Source of the DNA: Planctomycetota bacterium
Lineage (GTDB): Bacteria > Planctomycetota > UBA1135 > UBA2386
Direction: 5' to 3'
NCBI GenBank assembly: GCA_965223545.1
Contig: OZ245006.1
Coordinates: 2,912,001 to 2,976,000 of the forward strand
Length of the DNA: 64,000 nt
Numbering within the stretch: position 1 is the first letter of the stretch; every line of letters starts with the position of its first letter. A program made the translations under genes and the position numbers. A model generated the notes under the pieces. The model was not told the origin of the DNA. It did not search any database and saw only the letters and a program-made list of their open reading frames with translations. Positions 59,695 to 64,000 of this stretch are shown here, one piece after another.

Positions 59695-59842
59695 GGGGGC
59701 GATTCTACTCGGCTGGCCACTGCGAAGAGCGCGGCTACGAGACACCCGACAGGAAGGGCTCACCGCTTCGCCTCAAGATTCACGGACATCTTGATCGCGA
59801 CAGAACTCACCGATGTCCATCACGCGATTGGGTCAGTTTTTT

Positions 59843-60039
59843 ACGCACACCTTCGCGCTGGCCGAGGCAACGGCCGCTCAGCGCGGCCGGGGCCGCAACC
59901 AAACACGGAGCATTCCGCGACCCGAGCGTCGGTCGCGGGTCCCGCGGTCGCCGGCGGCCGCCCTGAGCCCAGAGGCCAGTGTTGTTTTCGAGCCCTCGAG
60001 GCCCGCGAGCTGGTCGGCCCGACGGTCCTGCTGGCGTAG
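59843..60039 (+). pseudogene. Duplicated qor 3' end interrupted by a 107-bp insertion
   Basis: 'THTFALAEATAA' then the insertion, then 'RALEARELVGPTVLLA*', matching the qor C-terminus. Confidence 0.88.
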
Positions 60040-60253
60040 ACGACCCGGCGTCGAACACCGCGCCCCGCTTCAGCGCGGCGCGGGCTCGAGGTCGTCGATC
60101 TGCTGCAGGTACGCCACCAGGTCGTGCAGCTGCTTGACGTTCAACGCCGCCATCGCGCCGTGCCGGCCATTCTTGTTGCGGTCGCGGATCACGTGCATCA
60201 GGGTCGGCGCCGAGCCGTCGTGGAGGTAGGGAGCCGTCGCCCAAAGACCGCGA
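59843..60253 (+). repeat. Right copy of the island-flanking direct repeat
   Basis: Same sequence as 46067-46291 with a 107-bp insertion at 59881-59987. Intact over the di-heme gene 3' end. Confidence 0.93.
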
Positions 60254-63200
60254 AGCGTCGGCGTGTCCAAACCGGTGAGGGGGCCGCCGCTGGCAGAACC
60301 GGAGCTCGACCGCAGGGTGCCGACGTCGTGCAGAGCGCCGGTCGCGCTATCGCTGAAATCCGGACCCGAGTGGCACTGCGCGCACCCCAGGCTGGAGAAC
60401 AGGGTTCGACCGCGCGCCCCGGCCGCGGTGAGGGCACCACCGGGGTCGCGGTGCGGACTCCGCCCGAAGGTCACCAGCGAGGAGACGTAGGCGCTGAGCG
60501 CGTCGAGCTCCGGGCTCAGACCGGCCTTCGGATGGCCGAGCGGCTGCGCGACGGTCGCGCTGTAGCGGGCGTTGGTCATGAAACCGGTGCCGCCGAACGG
60601 ACCGCGGATGTCGTTCTCGAAGTCCTGGATCTCGTCGAAGTTGGCGGTCCAGTGCACGTTGCCCTGCGCGGTCCCCGCGTGACCGCGCAGCGAGATCGTG
60701 TTGCGCAAGCCCTCGCCGCGATCGGTGAAGTCCCAGACCTGACCGTCGTCCCCGCCGTCGAGGTGGCAGCTGGCACAGCTGATGTATCCGTCCTCGTTCA
60801 TCCGCGGGTCAGCGGCGTTGTAGAAGATCTGCTTGCCCAGCAAGACCTCGGCCGACAACCGCTCGCGCGCCACGACCTTGACGCTGGCCAGCGCCGGCAT
60901 GCTGAAGTCGGTCGAGCTCGTCACGCCACTGACGTCGTAGACCGCCAAGCTGCGCGACATGAAGTTGTGCACGTACAACCGGCTGCCGTCGGCGCTGATC
61001 ACCAGGCCATCCGGTGCCAGCCCCGTGCCGTCCACTCCCGCGACGATCGCGCCGCTGTACACGTCGCGGACGTCGACCGCATTCGACCCCTGCAGCACGT
61101 GGAAGGCGTAGTCCCCCAGCGGACTGAAGGCGACCGCCGCCGCCAGGTCGCGGTCGTTGAAGTCGACGCGGGCGGCGAGGTCTTCGGCGTTCGCCACCAA
61201 GTCGATCTGCGAGGCGATGGTCCGCACCGTGCTCTCGAAGGTCAGCACCTCGCCGCTGCGCCACATGCCCCGCGCCGTGTTGTCCTTCTTCGACGGCACC
61301 CAGAGCCGGCGACCGTCCGGCGAAACAGTGCAGCTGCGCAGGTAGTTCGGCTGTCCCCGTCCACCGGCTTCGGTGTCCGGGCCCGGGTCGAACGCCAAGT
61401 CGTGCGTGGCGACGCGACGTCGCTGCGCGGCCGAGATCTCGTAGACCTCCCCCACGGGAGCATCGAGGGGATGGCGCCCCGATCGGAAGCGGGTCACGAA
61501 CACGCGCTCCGAGTCCGCTGCGACCGCCAAACCCTTGGGTTCCGGACCGACAGCGATCTGGCCGAGCACGGTCCGCGCCACCGGGTCGATCAGCGCGACA
61601 CGGCCCACCGCCGACAGACTGACGTACGCCGCACTGCCGTCCGGACTCATGCAGACCCCGAACGGAGCCGACCCCACCGGCAGGTCGATCCGCGCCTGTC
61701 GCTCACCACGGTTCGGGTCCAACACGAGCACGACCGCGTCCTCTTCGCACACGACCCAGATCGTGCCATCGCTCGCCTGCGCCAGGGTCCGTGGGTGACG
61801 GTCGACACCGACTTCGAACACGACACCGAAGGTGTCGGCGTCGATCGCGGTGACCGTGTCGTTGTCGGCGTTGACACACCAGACCCGGCGGCGCACCTCG
61901 TCCATCACGACCGTGCTCGACCGGGTCGGCTCCACGGCGGTCACCGGCTCGTGCACGGTAGCCAAGAACGAATCGGTCGCCGTCAGCGTGCCGTTGGTCG
62001 CGGTGACCACGACCGAGTAATGGCCGGCGGCGCCATAGGTGTGCGCGGCGGCCGTCGCGGTGGACAGTGGCGTCGCCGGCGTTCCGTCGCCGAAATCCCA
62101 CGAGAACCGCAGCGTGCCGGGGCCGCTCGCCGCCGACACATCGAAGGCCACCGACTGGCCCGGCTGGTGTGGAGGCACGGCGGCCGCCTGCACGTTGACC
62201 GCGGCCAGCGTCCCGCCGGTCGAGAAACGGCTGCGGAACGCCACCGCGGTCGGGTTTCCCGACCAGTCTCGCAAGCCGCCGGCCGGCACCTCGACGAGAT
62301 AGGTCGTATCCGTCTCCAGCGGTTCCGAAGGCGAGAAGTTGACGATGCCGAACTGGTTCGAGAAGCTGCCGGACAGCGGCGCTCCGCCGACCGGGCGCAC
62401 GATGAACGCACTGGGGTCGATCGAGTCGAAGTCGATCAGATCCGACATCGTCAGCCCCACGCGACTGGTGATCGCCTGCCCCACCGAGTTGTCGGCCGGC
62501 ACCACCATGGTGACCGCCGGACCCGTGCTGTCCGGCAGCGACGCATGCGGAATGATCTGCGTGCCGAATCCCTGGTCATCGCCCAGCAACGCCAGGTTGC
62601 CCGCGACCGTGACCCAGTCGATGTCGCCGCCCGAGTTGACCACGCGCGCGGTGCCCACCGTGCGATAGTCGGCCGGATCCGAGACGTCGATCTTCACGTA
62701 GCTGGTGGATGCCGCCACGTGCGCGAACCCGTCCTGTACGACGGCGGATCCGCCCCGCGAGGGCAGCGGCTCCTCGTTGATCATCGGAAACCCCGGCACG
62801 GCCAAGTCGTGCACGCGAAACACACCGTTGCCGCCGGTCGGCGACGACACCGGTCCGCTGACCGCTGGAATGAGCAGCTTGTTGCCGTTCAGCTGCGCCC
62901 CGTACGGGATCGGCGTGTTGGCACTGGCTTGCAGCAGGACGGGATCGACCGGGTCACTGATGTCGAAACGCGCAAAGCCGGAGCCGCCGTCCGAGTTGGT
63001 GGCGATCAGCAGGTTGCCCACCACCAAGGTGTTGACGACGTTGAACCCGCCGGTCTCGCTCTTCGGCAAGTGCGCGGCGACCACCGGGCGGCGCGGATCG
63101 CTGGCGTCGACAACGTAGAGCCCGAGACTGCCAGCGCCGCAGTACACGTAGGGCGCCTGGTAGAACATCCAGAACAGGCCGGTCGCGTAACCACCCGGAA

Positions 63201-63651
63201 CCCCTGGGATGTCATAGGCAACCAAGCGACTCGGGGAGTGAATGTCGGTCCAGTCCCAGATCCCGATCCCCGTGCCGCCGAGACCACCTGGACCGCGCAG
63301 CAAGATGACGTGCTTGCCGCCGTAGGCAGTCGTCTGCGCGAACGTGTGCGGCTCGCTCAGATCCCCCATCCCCGACGTGATCGATGTGACCAACTCGGGG
63401 CGGTAGGGGTTGGACAGGTCGTAGAACTCGACTCCGCCCGGCGCGTAGCGGACGACCGCGAGGTAGCCGTCGTGCAACAGCGAGTGGCCGTGGTTGGTCG
63501 ATCCGCCCCCCGGCTGACCGATGGTGGCGATCACGCGGAACAGCTCGCTGGCGTCGTAGAACCGTTGCGGCAGTCCGGGTCCGGATTGCGCGGCCAAACT
63601 GACGGCGAGGACCGTGGAGAGAAGAACGCCGCGGAGCGGGACACGTTGCAT
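60070..63651 (-). CDS. Second secreted propeller/Ig/PKD/YVTN/di-heme cytochrome c protein, paralog of 1145-5044
   Basis: ATG at 63651 with a GGAGGT RBS and a signal peptide. Motifs CASCH, CAQCH, 'HWTANFDEIQDFE' and 'TPTLRGLWATAPYLHDG'. Confidence 0.88.
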   Translation of the reverse strand: MQRVPLRGVLLSTVLAVSLAAQSGPGLPQRFYDASELFRVIATIGQPGGGSTNHGHSLLHDGYLAVVRYAPGGVEFYDLSNPYRPELVTSITSGMGDLSEPHTFAQTTAYGGKHVILLRGPGGLGGTGIGIWDWTDIHSPSRLVAYDIPGVPGGYATGLFWMFYQAPYVYCGAGSLGLYVVDASDPRRPVVAAHLPKSETGGFNVVNTLVVGNLLIATNSDGGSGFARFDISDPVDPVLLQASANTPIPYGAQLNGNKLLIPAVSGPVSSPTGGNGVFRVHDLAVPGFPMINEEPLPSRGGSAVVQDGFAHVAASTSYVKIDVSDPADYRTVGTARVVNSGGDIDWVTVAGNLALLGDDQGFGTQIIPHASLPDSTGPAVTMVVPADNSVGQAITSRVGLTMSDLIDFDSIDPSAFIVRPVGGAPLSGSFSNQFGIVNFSPSEPLETDTTYLVEVPAGGLRDWSGNPTAVAFRSRFSTGGTLAAVNVQAAAVPPHQPGQSVAFDVSAASGPGTLRFSWDFGDGTPATPLSTATAAAHTYGAAGHYSVVVTATNGTLTATDSFLATVHEPVTAVEPTRSSTVVMDEVRRRVWCVNADNDTVTAIDADTFGVVFEVGVDRHPRTLAQASDGTIWVVCEEDAVVLVLDPNRGERQARIDLPVGSAPFGVCMSPDGSAAYVSLSAVGRVALIDPVARTVLGQIAVGPEPKGLAVAADSERVFVTRFRSGRHPLDAPVGEVYEISAAQRRRVATHDLAFDPGPDTEAGGRGQPNYLRSCTVSPDGRRLWVPSKKDNTARGMWRSGEVLTFESTVRTIASQIDLVANAEDLAARVDFNDRDLAAAVAFSPLGDYAFHVLQGSNAVDVRDVYSGAIVAGVDGTGLAPDGLVISADGSRLYVHNFMSRSLAVYDVSGVTSSTDFSMPALASVKVVARERLSAEVLLGKQIFYNAADPRMNEDGYISCASCHLDGGDDGQVWDFTDRGEGLRNTISLRGHAGTAQGNVHWTANFDEIQDFENDIRGPFGGTGFMTNARYSATVAQPLGHPKAGLSPELDALSAYVSSLVTFGRSPHRDPGGALTAAGARGRTLFSSLGCAQCHSGPDFSDSATGALHDVGTLRSSSGSASGGPLTGLDTPTLRGLWATAPYLHDGSAPTLMHVIRDRNKNGRHGAMAALNVKQLHDLVAYLQQIDDLEPAPR

Positions 63652-63771
63652 CGACACCTCCGGAACCGATTGGACGAGATGGCGCGGACCGCGTGAGCAT
63701 AACCGCGTTTTGCGAGGCGCTCCGGCGATGTCCGTGCGCTGCCCCGCAAACCCCCCGCTACACTGCACGGC

Positions 63772-64000
63772 GTGAGCCACCTGCCAACGACGTCGAGGCC
63801 TCTCATCGCTGCCGCGAGCGCCGTCCTGCTGCTGTCCACGTCCATCGCGGCGCAAGCGGCGACGGCGGCGTTCTTCGACGAGATCCAGCAGATGCCGCCG
63901 GGCGGATCGATCGGCGAATGGACGGTCGGCGGCGTCCAGTTCACGTTCGAAGAGCTCACCGAGCTGGACCCACGCAACCCAGCGCGCGCCGGGGCGCTCG
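63772..64000 (+). CDS. Secreted protein, DUF5666-like, 3'-truncated by the window edge
   Basis: GTG start, signal peptide 'LIAAASAVLLLSTSIAA-Q', then 'EIQQMPPGGSIGEWTVGGVQF'. Not in the ORF track because it has no stop in the window. Confidence 0.6.
   Translation, partial: MSHLPTTSRPLIAAASAVLLLSTSIAAQAATAAFFDEIQQMPPGGSIGEWTVGGVQFTFEELTELDPRNPARAGAL

Larger units (their letters stand above)
46292..59842. mobile_element. ~13.5-kb genomic island with no integrase or transposase
   Basis: Bounded by the ~304-bp direct repeat. By eye, cargo codons are more A/T-ending than those of the flanking core genes. Confidence 0.75.

Noticed and set aside
46067..60253. Repeat pair or FG-GAP paralogs as a diversity-generating retroelement TR/VR
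   Set aside because: Mismatches are not adenine-specific, indels dominate, and no reverse transcriptase is present.
60124..63696. 1190-aa plus-strand ORF, and similar long antisense ORFs such as 10044-12770, 38975-40765 and 42477-44573
   Set aside because: Antisense to well-supported genes and expected with high GC3.

Overview
GC-rich bacterial window, most likely from an uncultured Planctomycetota lineage. This is inferred from the LE(S)RxLL-type N-terminal signal on a giant exoprotein, a planctomycete-type ECF sigma/Ser-Thr kinase pair and the exoprotein C-terminal domains. From left to right it holds: a partial carboxypeptidase-regulatory-repeat gene; a secreted beta-propeller/Ig/PKD/di-heme cytochrome c protein coupled to yjbQ; a 7,738-aa RTX/beta-solenoid/PKD adhesin with 31 near-identical 282-bp units; an orphan GspE/PilB ATPase; ACP, fatty acyl-AMP ligase and acetyltransferase genes plus a GT2; DUF819; an orphan PstS-like lipoprotein; a myxobacterial Frz-like chemosensory cluster whose cheB has lost its catalytic core; and qor. 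Next is a ~13.5-kb integrase-free island (46292-59842) flanked by a decayed ~304-bp direct repeat. That repeat duplicates the 3' ends of two convergent genes, qor and a second di-heme protein paralog. The island carries two FG-GAP paralogs and a Kelch protein sharing a ~130-aa C-terminal domain, a FabH plus PhcB-like methyltransferase pair, and an ECF-kinase pair. A small structured non-coding element family (hairpin GCGGC-N4-GCCGC-AACCAA, 10-bp flanking direct repeat) recurs at island junctions. No rRNA, tRNA, CRISPR array, integrase or transposase was seen. All calls come from motif reading by eye, with no database searches.
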